In this document: piece by piece, positions 31,550 to 43,906 of the stretch
How positions within the stretch are numbered: the stretch's first letter is position 1
Layout: every line of letters starts with the position of its first letter
DNA from: the human T2T-CHM13v2.0 reference genome, Homo sapiens
DNA length: 64,000 nucleotides
Assembly (NCBI RefSeq): GCF_009914755.1
Contig: NC_060931.1
Reading direction: 5' to 3' (one strand)
The notes under the pieces: generated by a model
What the model saw: only the letters and a program-made list of their open reading frames with translations
Database searches by the model: none
Told to the model about the DNA's origin: nothing
Translations under genes and position numbers: made by a program

Positions 31550-31806
31550 TTTTTTTTTTTTTTTTTTGAGTCACGGTCTTGCTCTGTGGCCCAGGCTGGA
31601 GTACACTGGTGAGATCAGAGCTCAGTGCAGGATCAAGTGCTCCTCCCGCCTCAGCCACAGTAGTAGCACAGATACGCACAACCACCCCTGGCTAATATTT
31701 TATTTTTTGTAGAGATGGGGTCTCACTATATTGTCCAGGTTGGTCTCAAACCCCTTGACTCAAGGTATCCAGGAAAGGATAACAGGTGGGAACCACCACA
31801 CCTGGC
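31550..31806 (-). mobile_element. Old Alu (AluJ-like) with several internal deletions
   Basis: Poly(T), GGTCTTGCTCTGTGGCCCAGGCTGGAGT, TTTTTGTAGAGATGGGGTCTCACTATATTGTCCAGG. Confidence 0.85.
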
Positions 31807-32282
31807 TATGTGCATGAACTTTTAAGACAAACACGAGGCCCCACAAAAGTTAAGGTTTTTCCCACCTAATTTCCAGGGGGATCTTTTGGTGCAAGGCTGA
31901 GAAGCCCTTAAAAGTACACAGACAACTCCAAAGATTCAAGACAGTTCATTCAGGCTGAGCCAGCCCACTGGGCACACTGACCTTCAAAAAAGACACACCC
32001 ATGACATACACCAGATGGCTCTCCAAGAATCTCTTCAGTCCTCAGGGTCCCTAAGGTACTGGACAGAGCTAGGAAAGCAAACCCATTTGCTTCTTCCTGC
32101 AGGAAGAAGCCCTTGAGGTTAAGACCCCACAATCAGATGAGGATGGAGTGGCTCACCCTCAGTCAACAGGCCAGACTCAAGGTGGTATAATGTCTTAACC
32201 AAGGGTGCGGGCCTCCAGGTCTGACTCTCAACTCAGTTCTTCTTTAACAACCACACTTTGTTAATTTTCCTTAACAGGGGTT

Positions 32283-32351
32283 CCTGGCAAGTCAGTTCCC
32301 CTTCAGGCCTTCGGTTTCCTCACCTACAAGATGAGAGGGCTGGACCAGATG
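32283..32351. mobile_element. MIR core fragment
   Basis: GGCAAGTCAGTTCCCCTTCAGGCCTTCGGTTTCCTCACCTACAAGATGAG resembles the MIR core. Confidence 0.6.
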
Positions 32352-32369
32352 GAAATTCAGGGGGTAAGG

Positions 32370-34245
32370 GGATGTCTGCGCGCAGCCCACCCCCACCCCC
32401 ACGGGACCCTGGAGCCTCCATCCCAGTTCCCACCACACATCCGCTCCACAAATCCTGCCCAAGGTGAGGGCTGGTCCCGGGTCCTCTGGCTGCCGCATCA
32501 GCGAGTGCAGGAGGGAGTGGAAGCCTCCAAGGGGGTGACGTGGGCTCAAGGATGCAACTCGGCCAGGAGTGAACTGGGGCCCCGAAGGAGGTGTCCGGGC
32601 CACTCCTGGAGCCCAGCCCGGGTCCCCGAACCCCTTACCTCCAGGGTCTGTATCTCCTGCTGGGTGAGGTCGTTGGACACAGCGCACTTGGTGCACAGCC
32701 CGCACAGGCTGCCAATGAAGATGACGATGAGCTTCTGGAGCTGCCCGCACTGCTGCAGCGCCCGGCTGGCCGCAGGCCCTGCGCCACCCTCCGTGGCTTC
32801 TGCATCACCCCCGCCACCACCCTCCTTCTCTCCCATCGCCTCCGCGCGCAGCGCCGCTCTATGCAGGCCACAGGGGCCTAGGCAGGGAGCCCGGGGCGCC
32901 GGCGCCTAGGCAAGGAACCCCTGAGCCAGGAGAGCTGGACCAGGAGCACCCCTCGACGCTGCCCTTGCCTGGACGCCAGTAGAGCTGGCAGGCGATTCTG
33001 CTGCTCCCGCCCTCAGAGCCGCGGCGGCGGGGACAAAAATCCTCGGCGGCGGAGGCAAAAAGTCGCGGTGGCAAAAAGCGGCGGCAACGGGGTCAAAAAG
33101 TCGTGGCAGCAAACAGCCGTGGCGGAGGGGAAAAAAAGCCGCTGCGGCGGGGCCAAAAAGCGGCGGTGACAGTGGCAAAAAGTCGCGGCTGCAAAAAGCC
33201 GCGGCGGAGGAGGCAAAAAGCCACGGCGGGGAAAAAGTTCCGGCGGCGGGGGGGCAAAATGCCGCGACAGAGGGAGGAAAAAAGCCATGCAGGGGAAAAA
33301 GCCGCGGCGGGTAAAAAGCCGCGGGGGCAGAGGGGAAAAAGCCACGGCGGGGAAAAAGCCGCGGCAGCGGGGAGGCAAAAAGCCGCGGCGGGGGGCAAAA
33401 AGCCGCGGCGGCGGGGTTGGGCAAAAAGCCGCGGCGGTCAAAAAGCCGAGGCGGGGTGGGGGCAAAAAGCCGCGGCGGCGGTGGGGCAAAAAGCCGCGGC
33501 GGCGGTGGGGCAAAAAACTACGGCGGTGGGGGCTAAAAAGCCGCTACCGGCAAAAAGTCGCGGCGGCGGGGGACAAAAAGCCGCGGCGGCGGGGGCTAAA
33601 AAGCCGTGGCGGGCAAAAAGCCGAGGCGTCGGATGGGGGCAGAATGCCGCGGCGGGCAAAAAGCCGCGGCGGCGGTGGGGGCAAAAAGCCAGGGCGGGCA
33701 AAAAGTCGCTGCGGCGGGGACGAAAAGCCGCGGCGGGCGGGCAAAAAGCCGCGGCGGCGGGGCGGGCAGAAAGCCGTGGCGGGCAAAAAGCCGCGGCGGC
33801 GTGGGGCACAAAGCCGCGGCAGGCAAAAAGCCGAGGCGGGGTGGGGGCTAAAAGCCGCGGCGGTGGTGGGGCAAAAAGCCGCGGCGGCGAGGGGTAAAAA
33901 GCCGCTGCAGGCAAAAAGTCGCGGCGGCGGGGGACAAAAAGCCGCGGTGGGCAAAAAGCCGCGGTGGCGGGCGGGGGGCAGAAAGCCGCTGCGGCGGGGA
34001 GGGGGGCAGAAAGCCGCGGCGGGCAAAAAGTCTCGGCGGCGAGGGAGGCACAAAGCCGTGGCGGGCAAAAAGCCAAGGCGGGGTGGGGGCAAAAATCCGC
34101 CGCGGCGGTGGGGCAAAAAGCCACGGCGGCGGGGAGGTAAAAAGCCGTGGGGGCAAAAAGTCACGGAGGCAGGGGACAAAAAGCCGCGAAGGGGAAAAGG
34201 CCGAGGCGGGGTGGGGGGGAAAAGCCACGGCGGCGGGGGGGCAAA
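32370..34245. promoter_or_regulatory. CpG-island-like region (KSR1 exon 1/5' flank plus GC-rich repeat)
   Basis: Abrupt rise in GC and CpG (many CCGCGG) within otherwise AT-rich DNA. Promoter activity is not demonstrated. Confidence 0.55.
32639..32866 (-). pseudogene. KSR1: Unprocessed (duplicated) pseudogene fragment of kinase suppressor of Ras 1, first coding exon (CA1 / coiled-coil part of CC-SAM); KSR1P1-like
   Basis: The minus frame reads (L)[75 protein letters not shown]. The recalled KSR1 N-terminus is [21 protein letters not shown]...[43 protein letters not shown]. Homology stops at an intact donor GAG|GTAAGG (32639/32638). The first ATG is lost and no downstream exons are seen. Confidence 0.93.
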
Positions 34246-34246
34246 A
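33017..34246. repeat. GC-rich pericentromeric tandem repeat (GGGCAAAAAGCCGCGGCGGC)n
   Basis: Dozens of variable ~16-24 bp units, each an A4-A7 tract followed by GCCGCGGC and a G-run. Confidence 0.96.
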
Positions 34247-36659
34247 TAATGGAGATGGGGTAGAAAGCTTGCACAGCTTGGCATTGCTGGATTGTGATGT
34301 GATAGGAAATGTGCAGTCAAAGACAAAAAAAGATGTAAGTAGGCTGGACTCATTGCAGCCAAGAACCCAGATGTTATCTTGAGGGTATTAACTAATAAGC
34401 AGTTTAAATCAGAATGGCACATTCTGATTTGTTTTTTGTATGTTCACATTTGGCAGGCATAGATACTGTTTGAAGAGAGAAAAGTCAGTAGAGAGAAGTA
34501 ACAAACTTAAATATGTGCCAAGTCTAGAAACAAGAGACCAGGGGGATAAGGACCTTTCAAAATAAAATGCAAGATTTGAAAACTGATTGGCTGGGGGATG
34601 AGGAAAAGGCAGGTCTTTAAGGTCAATCCCTGTTTTGCTTTAAGTTGTTAGGGGGTGGTTTTATCACATATTGTAGAATATGTCATTTCAGTTTTGAACA
34701 TCTTGAGTTAAATTGTCCTAACATATCTTATGAATTTGATTTTCTTCCCTGGGAAGCTAATATTTCAAACACTTAAAGAGTATATAGATTTCCAACTTGT
34801 ACCCAATTTATAAAACTATCTCTAGGCTGCTGATTTCAGGAGGAGGCTCATGAATATTCTCTTTGCAGAGAATATATCAGGAGTTAACAACAGCTTCAAT
34901 ATTTGTGGACGACCAGTTAACTAAGCCACCTCTTAGTGTCTTTAGTTGGGAAATCTTAGCTGAAGATATTCAATAATGAACCAAGAGTGACTAAAAAATT
35001 CAATATTTAAGTATATTTCACTGTAATTAATTTGAATTGAAGTAGCCATATACAGCTAGTATTTACTACATTGAACAATGCAAATAAGAGGAAAAAATTA
35101 ATAACCATCTCTAATACCACATGCCAAAATCCTCATCAATTTATTCTAGCTAAAGGAGTTGATCAGAAGCAGCAGTTGAAAGCACCAACTAAACCAGCTG
35201 GGGTTAGTTCACTATCATTCTTTCAGAACCATCTCTTCTCTGAACAAAACAAGTACAAGAGTTCATTGTGAATCTGCATTCTCCTTGCCTATTTTAAGGT
35301 TTTCATGTTGACACTAGTTTGTGAAATCCCTCCTGTGGTGTGATATTTCGTTTTCCTTGCTTTCTGTTAGGACAAGAATGCTTCAGCTCTTAATTTAAAA
35401 TTATGTTTCTCCCTTCTAGGTTGAGTGAACTTAGAATGCATTCTCTGACATATCCAAGATTTTGTTAATATGAATTTCGGGGGAAAAGCATACTTAATTA
35501 GCTAAGACTTCTTATTCTAGGCTTGACCCTATGTTCGACATCTTTTGAATTTCTAGTTGCATGGGCTGCTCTCTGACACTGGTTAGTGACCTGGAGGCTA
35601 TATTAGTGTTAGGGGAGGTGGTGTATGAGCATTACAGGTATCCTTGCAAGGAAAGACTTGTCTTATCTCAATACGTCTTTTTTTTGCACACAAGAAAGTC
35701 AATGTCTGAGTCTTCTAAAATCTTCCTATTTCCAAGTTGCAGAGTACCATTGATTCCTAAACAAAGACCTAAATTAGACTCAGAGACGTGGCAAGGTAGT
35801 GAATCACTGTTATAATATAACAATCTTCAAGATAAAATTATCTCTGATATTTAGATTTTGCCCAATTATTAAGATATTTGGGTGTTTCGTTAAGAATGGA
35901 AGACTCTAGTCTCTTGAGCAGAGACTATAAAGGCCTCAGATGATCATTTTCAATTTTATGCTCTTTTCTTTAACACCTTCAACATAGTTGGAAGCAGCCG
36001 ATATTCCCCAGAGTTGTGTTTTTTAAACCAAATGCATGGTTCAGTGGTAGAAAAGTGGGCTGATCCAAGCTGTTTTCAGTAAACACTTCATTTCAGGTGA
36101 CCTATTTCATATTAAATAATCTCTAGATCCTGTCTTCAAAACTAACTAGATCAGATAACCTACCCTGGATTTTCTCCTTTTAGGGTCTGTGAGCTGCAGT
36201 CACTTTTGTGAAAATGATTGCAATGACAAGATAGAGTTGTAGATGGGGAAAATGTTTTGACTAATTTAAGCATAGTGGTATTTCATATGAGAATTTAAGT
36301 TACACACATTTGAAAATTATAATGGAGTCTCTTGGCTGAGCTTTAAAAAAAATAGCGTTTAGGCTAAAAAGGGAACTGCTACCTCTCCTAAAATCAGAAA
36401 GATGTTACAGTAATTCTCCATTCTCTAGAATTATCAAGAAGCACCTTTGTGATGATTTACTTTTGCTCTTGGGAGTGTGAGCCCGTGTAGTCGTGGAACC
36501 ATCAATTAGAATGGTGGCTTTCTGATCCCAAAGTCATTCGTTCTAAAAACAACATTTTTCATAAATTTGAAAGTGAGAAGTTTTGATCTTGCCATTCCCA
36601 ACTAACTCTCTTAATAAGAGGCATCAGCATGCTTCAGTGGCAGCTGTCACCTTCCAGTG

Positions 36660-37425
36660 CTGAGAGTCATCTTTGAGTTCTCCATTTCACTCCCTACACT
36701 CCAGTTTAGCTGCAGTTCTCTTGGCCAGTCCTATGAAATACATCCATGGCCTAACGACTTCTCACCACTACTACCACTCATCCTGACAGCATTCTCACCT
36801 AAGTCACTACCTTTTTCCTCTGGATTAGAGTAGCCTCCCAATTTATTTGCTCACATAACCTATTTATTCTACACAGTGCACCCGATACACCCCTTTGAAA
36901 TGCAAGCACAATCATGTTATTCTCTGGTGAAATTATCTCATATATTCCTATCGCATTTAAAATTAATTCAGAATCATCCCATGATTATCAAAACCCTACA
37001 TGCTCTTCCACAACATGGTTTACTTCCAAGATATCTCTTCAACTTTTTTTTCACTGTACTGAATTGGTGACTAATAGTCATATTTTTGTTTTTGCTCAAA
37101 AAGTCTTGACTTGTAAATTTTTCAATTTCTCTTTAATCCACAGGTAACTCTTTCCTCATAAGGCGAATTGCTTGCTTCCTTGAGTTCTGCTCCCAAAGAT
37201 AACCTTCATTTTCTACGTAATATTAATAACTTTAATTATTCATTATTCCATTAGTATGCTCTATAGTGTGTACAATTTCTGTTCTTTGTCATGTTATTAA
37301 CTAAATTGTTTATTTGGTCCAGTAACGTATTCCATAAATATTGTACATATAAAAATTGTGTTATTTTTATTCCTGTATGCTCAGCTTCCCAATAACAGTC
37401 TGAGGATTAACATATTTGTTAAATG
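36660..37425 (+). mobile_element. LINE-2 3' region, degenerate
   Basis: L2-like motifs (AGTAGCCTCCCAA...ATTCTACACAGTGCACC...AATCATGTTATTCTCTG; terminal ATATTTGTTAAATG). Confidence 0.5.
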
Positions 37426-37752
37426 CACAAATACATTCTTTCACAAATATTAGTTTAATAATTTTATATTAAACTCCCTCTATACTTACAATATGAATTA
37501 GACAATTCAGAGTAAACATTCCATTGGCAAAAACTACACAATTTGTTATAAAACATCCTTAAAAGCATCTGAAAGTTAATACAGCAATGAAGAATTACAG
37601 GACCAAATTAAGAATGGTATGAAAGCCTGTTTGTGACGCTTATGTTTGGGTTATCTCTTTATTTGAGTGACTATAAATCTCAAAAGAAAAATTAAGGGAG
37701 AAATAACTGTATCTACTAACATGGTAAGGGTACTTAAACATCTCTTAGTAAT

Positions 37753-37902
37753 TGAGAAAATGGAAAGGAAAAAAGGAAAAGGGAGAAAGAGAAACAGCGA
37801 AAGGGATAATGAAGGAGTGAAAGAAGAAGAGAAAGGAAGAGGAAGAAAAGTAAAAAGGAGGGGGAGGGGGAAGGAGGAAGGAAGAAAGGTGAAAAGAAAG
37901 AA
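37753..37902. repeat. GA-rich low-complexity tract
   Basis: Near-pure purine run on the + strand. Confidence 0.9.
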
Positions 37903-37934
37903 TGGTAAACTTTTTAACAACATAATTTATCCTT

Positions 37935-39466
37935 CTAGAATATGAATGTTGGTCTATTTGATGATGTCCCACAGATTCATTAGTCTCTGCTCATTGTTTA
38001 TTTTTTATTCTTTCTGTTTCTCAGAGTCAGTATTTTCCATTTTCTTCTCTTCAAGTTCATGGCTTCTTCTGTGTGTGCAAATATACTCTTAAATCCCTCT
38101 GGTGATTTTTAAATTTTTATCATTGTAGTTTTCCACTCCAGAATTTCTGTTATCTCTTTGCTGATATTCCTACTTTTTAATATTTTTTCTGATTCCTTTA
38201 TTTCTTTGTTTATGTTTTCCTTTTGACATTTGAGTATAATGAAGGGAGTTGTTTTAAAGTCTTTGTCTGGTAAGTTTGATGTCTGGGTTTCCTTAGGGAT
38301 ATTTTCTGTCAATTTATTTTGTTCCTTTGAATGAGCCACACTTTCCCATTCTTTGTATGCCTTGTAACATTTTTTGAAAACCGGACTTTCTAATAATTAT
38401 AATTACTAGGTGGTTACTCTGTAAATCAGACCCCCCCCTACAAACACAGTAATGTTTTGTCGTTTTAAATTTTCTTTACTTATTATATTGTTAAGGATTT
38501 TTTTTTTTTTTAGTGTAATTTTCCAAAGTGATTTACAAAACTGTTTGGTTTATAAGGTGTGGTCACCGAAGTCTTTTTGTTTCCTTAAGAAATATTAAGC
38601 TAATGTTTTGACAGTGATTTTCTGGTATGTCAGGAACCAATGAAACAGGCAAATACAAGAAAAACAAAAAGAAAAGCAAGTAATCATTGTCCAGCAAAAT
38701 ATGTCTCTAGGCCATGCAGACTGGCTTTGTTCTGGGTTCTTTAAAGCTGGCACAAACTGTGTGTTCACTCTTGCACTGAGTGAAGTTCAAGTTCACTCTT
38801 GCACAGAGCTTGCACTGAGGGGAGGGATTGGCCAAGGTAAAAGTGTAGGGTCTTCTTATGACATTTGTCAGCATGTGGCTTAACCTATGAATACATGTGA
38901 CTTTCTAGACTCTCCCATGTACATGAATGATTTTGTATGTCTTAGTTTTTGAAATACTCTTCTCCAACTTTTCTTGCTGTGCTGAAGATGATCTACTATA
39001 TGGGTAACTTTAATTTTTGCCCTAAGCGTCTTTGGTTCGTTAGGTCTCCTTGCAGACTTTCTTAATAATGTCCATTCCTTATCTGTTCTGTATTCTAGCA
39101 ACACAGAAAAAAAAAGCCTTTCATGAGTCCTTTAGGTATCCCCCAGACCAGTCAGAACAGACACATAATACTTTGCGGGTAAGATCTTCTCTTGTTCCTT
39201 TGGACCATGGACCAGGCTTCCTCACTGGGAACGTGGGCTTCTGACACTTCAAAACTGCCAATTTGCTGGGGCAAAGGCAAGTTAAAAATGTCGTAAAGTT
39301 TTCCAGTTGTCTTTTTCTTGAGTATGCTCTCACTTGGTTGTGTAATCTTTTGACAATTTTCCACAGTTTTGGCAAAGTTTATTCGGACAGTTTCTCTTAG
39401 TTGTGTGATGTTTCTGTGGGGAAATGAAAGATTGCAGCTGTCTCCGCTGCCATTTTGCTGATGCTC
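37935..39466 (-). mobile_element. Old L1M 5' UTR and ORF1 N-terminal remnant
   Basis: The minus peptide MAHSKEQNKLTENIPKETQTSNLPDKDFKTT...KENINKEIKES (38109-38339) resembles old L1 ORF1p. The 5' terminus is near 39465. Confidence 0.7.
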
Positions 39467-39515
39467 CTCTTTTGTCAATTTTTGCTTCATGTTATTATGC
39501 TTTGTTATTAGTTCA

Positions 39516-39937
39516 TGTATTAGTTGTCTAGGGCTGCCATAACCAAGTAACACAAACTGGGTGCCTTGAACAACATACGTTTATAGTCTTAAAGTCCTGG
39601 AAGCTAAAAGTCTGAGATTGAGGTGTCAGCAGGGATGGTCCCTTCAAGGGCTATGAGAGAAAGCCTGCTCTGTGCCTTGTTTCTCGCTTCTGGTGGTTTA
39701 GTGGCAGTCTTTGGCATTCCTTGGCTAATCTCTGCCCTCATAATCACATGGTACTCTCCCTGTGTGTATGTCTCCCTCTACTCAAATTTCTTCTTTTAAC
39801 AAGGACATCAGTCATATTGAATTCAGGCTCATCTGATTGTATCTTAACTTGATCAGCTGCAAAGAACCTATTTCCTAATGAGGTCTTATTCAGTGGTTAG
39901 AATTTCAGCATCTATATAGAGGAAACAATTTAGCTCC
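39516..39937 (-). mobile_element. MaLR solo LTR (MLT1-type), copy B
   Basis: Paralogue of 453-880. Confidence 0.75.
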
Positions 39938-40613
39938 TATGTGTGCATACATGATTGTAATAGCTATGTCTTCCTAAAGCGTTGACCCCTTTTTTACTAC
40001 AATATAAATTTTTAAAATCCTATTCATATTTTTAATAGTCTATATTGTGTGTTATGAGTATAATGAGTTCAGTGTTCTTATGATTGTTCTTTGCATGATA
40101 TTTTTGGTCATCATTTTACTTTCAATCCATTAGTATCCTTGCATCTCAGCGTATATTGGTATCACTTGTTTTAATCCAGTCTGACAATCTCTGCCTCTGC
40201 TATGGATTTTAATCTGCTCACATTTAAGATTGTAATTGGTATAATTCTTTTTATGTCTGCCATTTTACCGTTTGTTGTATATATTTCTCAAATATTTTTC
40301 TTTATTGCTTTATTTTGCAATGAAAGCATATTTTCTAAAATGGGGAACTTTAGATTACGAATGATTTATTTTATTATATATTTTTGAGAATTTTTGTTGT
40401 TGTTGTAAGTTTACCATATAGGTATATGGAAAATTAATTATTCAAACCGTCTTCCAATTTATACTAGTAAACTTTTAGTAATACATAGAAACATCATTCT
40501 TATATAAATCTCTTTTGTTTCCTCCATTTTAAAGTATTATCAATTTACACATTACATCTATTAAAGTTACAAAGCCAACAATACATTTTAGTAATTATTA
40601 CTTTACCATCTAG

Positions 40614-41038
<425 letters not shown>

Positions 41039-43906
41039 ATTATACACATGTTATTTAATAAACAATTTATGATAAAGAGAAAAAATGCATTTTTACTGTC
41101 TTTTATAATGTCAATATTACCTATACCAGTGCTTTTTTAAAAATGTGGATTCAAGTGACTGTCTTCTGTAACTTGCTTTTAGCCTTAGGAATTTATTTTA
41201 GAGTTTTTTTTTATATAGTCGGTCTGCCAGCAACAACTTCAGTTAATATTTCTGTTTATCTGGGTAAGTCTTTGTGTTATCTTCATTTTTGAAAAATAAT
41301 TGCTGGATAAGGAATTCATGGCTGAGAGTTATTTTTCCTTTGCATCTTTTGAATATATTATTCTACTGCCTCTTGCTTCCATTGTTTCTCTTAAGTCAGC
41401 TGTAAATCTTACAAAACATAGCTGCTCAAAAAATAAACATGTGCATGAACATTTATAGCAGTAATATTCATACAGTCAAAAAGTGGAAACAATCCATATG
41501 CTTGTTGACTCATAAATGGACACCCAATTTTCAGCTATAACAAAGAATGAAGTACTCATATATAGTATAATATTGGTGAAATTTGAAAGCATTATGTTAA
41601 GTGCACAAAAGGACAAATATTACTTGATTTTATTCACATGTAACATTAGGAATTGGCAAATCAATTGGGATATAAATCAGATTAGTGGTCATTAGGGCTC
41701 AGGGCAGCAGATTAGGGTGTAACAGCTTTATGCATAATGGATTTTTGGAAGGGACATGATGAAATTGCCCTGGAACATTGTGAATATACTAAAAGCAAGT
41801 GCATTGTATGCTTTAAAATGGTGGTTGTTAATTTTATATTATGTGATTTTTACCCTAAAAAACAAAAAAGAGAAAATAGCCTTGCTCTATACATAATAAG
41901 CTCAAGATATGTTACAAATTTACATGTGAAATCCAAAATACTATAATATGTAAGGAATAGCTAAGTAGAATAACACTGAAATTTAACATAATGAAACATT
42001 TCCTTAGAAATGAAAAAAGCACAGTAATTAAAAAGGGAAATATATTTAATATTTTTTCTCTCCATTAAGCATGCCATTAACTGAGTAAAAAATCATGCTG
42101 CAATTATGTAAACTACATTTTCTAAAACCATAAAGAAAAGAAGAAATAAAAAGGTATTTGGGAAAAAAAATCCAAAGGTACAGTCAACTACACAAAAAAA
42201 GCTTAGTCTCATTAATCATTATGAAAATGCAAATGGTAACTGAAAGAAGATAAAACTACAATTCAAAGAGAAAGCCTAAAATTTCAACCCCCCAAAAAGT
42301 CTGGGTTTTGGAGATCTGGGATGGAATAGGGTTCCTAACCTGACAACAATGAAAGACCCAAACTAACTTCAAAGTCATGACTTTATTTTTATAGCAACGA
42401 AGTAGCCAAGAATTGAGTCAAAATGTGAGGGAAAACAAGCACCTGCAAGGAGAAAGAGGACGGATGCACTTACATAGGACAGATGCAAATAGACACCACT
42501 ATGACAAGTAAAGCTGGAATAATCAGTAAATTCCTAAAGGCAAAGTGGGGCTGGTGAGATTGGGAGACAGCTGACAGCTGCAGAAGTTGGGAAAGATTCA
42601 TCATCTTGAAAACTTTTTCTCCACAAACCCACTGCGATCTCTCAAGCAATTGGTAAGGAATCCAAGAGAGACTGTATATGACACAGATCAGGGAGAGCAG
42701 AACACTTGGGAGGTGACCAGGTCTTGGGGGCCGAGCCCTTATGAATGAGATTAGTGCCTTTGTAAAAGAAGATCAGTGGTGTTCTTGTGTGCCTTCCACT
42801 ATGTGAGGACATAGAAAGCAGGCACCACCTATGAACCATGAAATGGGCTCTCACCAACACTGAATTTGTGAGCATCTTGACCCGGGATCTTATAGCCTCA
42901 AGAAGTGTGAAAAAAGAAATATCTGTTGTTTTTTAGTCACCCGGTTTATGTTATTTTGTTATAAGAGTCCAAATAGAGCAAGATATTCCACTTAATATGT
43001 AGGGGAAGGGAACAAAAACTGCCACACTTAGGATCCTCCTGATGCTGGGAGTATGAAAACAGGAAAAACAAAACAAAACTGCTCTTGAAGGTGAAGGAGG
43101 AATATCACTGAGCTCACCAACACAGCCAGGAAAATAACAGAAGTGTGAGAAGGCTACATTCCTGAGACCCTGAGAAAAAGTACCTGCATAAGACTGAGAT
43201 CAAATTACCTACTCTAGTTATGACTGAAATCCCAAAAAGAAAAGAGGGAAAAATAATGGAGCAAAAGAAATATTTTTCAAAATAACTGCCAAAAATATTC
43301 TAAAAGAAGTGACAGAAAATCAAACTTCCAATATAGGAAACTCAGAGAATGTCAAATAGAACAAAAAGAAATAAGAATTACATCTTGAAAAATCTTTAAA
43401 AAATCAAGTCTAAATTTTATATCTTGCTCCAAATATATAGAGATATAAAGAGGTTATCATCAAGATATGGAGAAAGCCATATCATGGAAACACTAAAATA
43501 AGGCTGTGGAAGGACTACATTGATATTAGACACAACAGAGTTCGGAACAAGAAATAGTATCAGAGATGAGAGATAATAGATAATAGAATAACGAGTTCTC
43601 AAGAAGATGTAAACATCCTACTAATTAGGGTGTGCAGCTAACAACAGAACCTCCAAATACATGAGGTAAAACAGGAAATAAATCAAAGGAGAACTGGAAA
43701 AATCCAAAATTATATTTGCCGACATCAACACTTTTGTCTTAGAAATGGAAGACTAGGCACTAACTCAGTAATCTTGTGGAAGATAAGAACAACAATATCA
43801 CCAACAAGACATCCAATCTTCAATGGCAGATACTCTTTCCTTTCAAGTGAAAAAAAAAAACAGTATGGCATATTCTCTAACAAACCCAGAATTTCTAATA
43901 TTTGCG

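Noticed and set aside
32546-32866. Functional KSR1 gene
   Set aside because: First ATG lost, non-conservative substitutions in CA1, no exon 2 or later exons recognisable, and the intron side ends in a satellite array.
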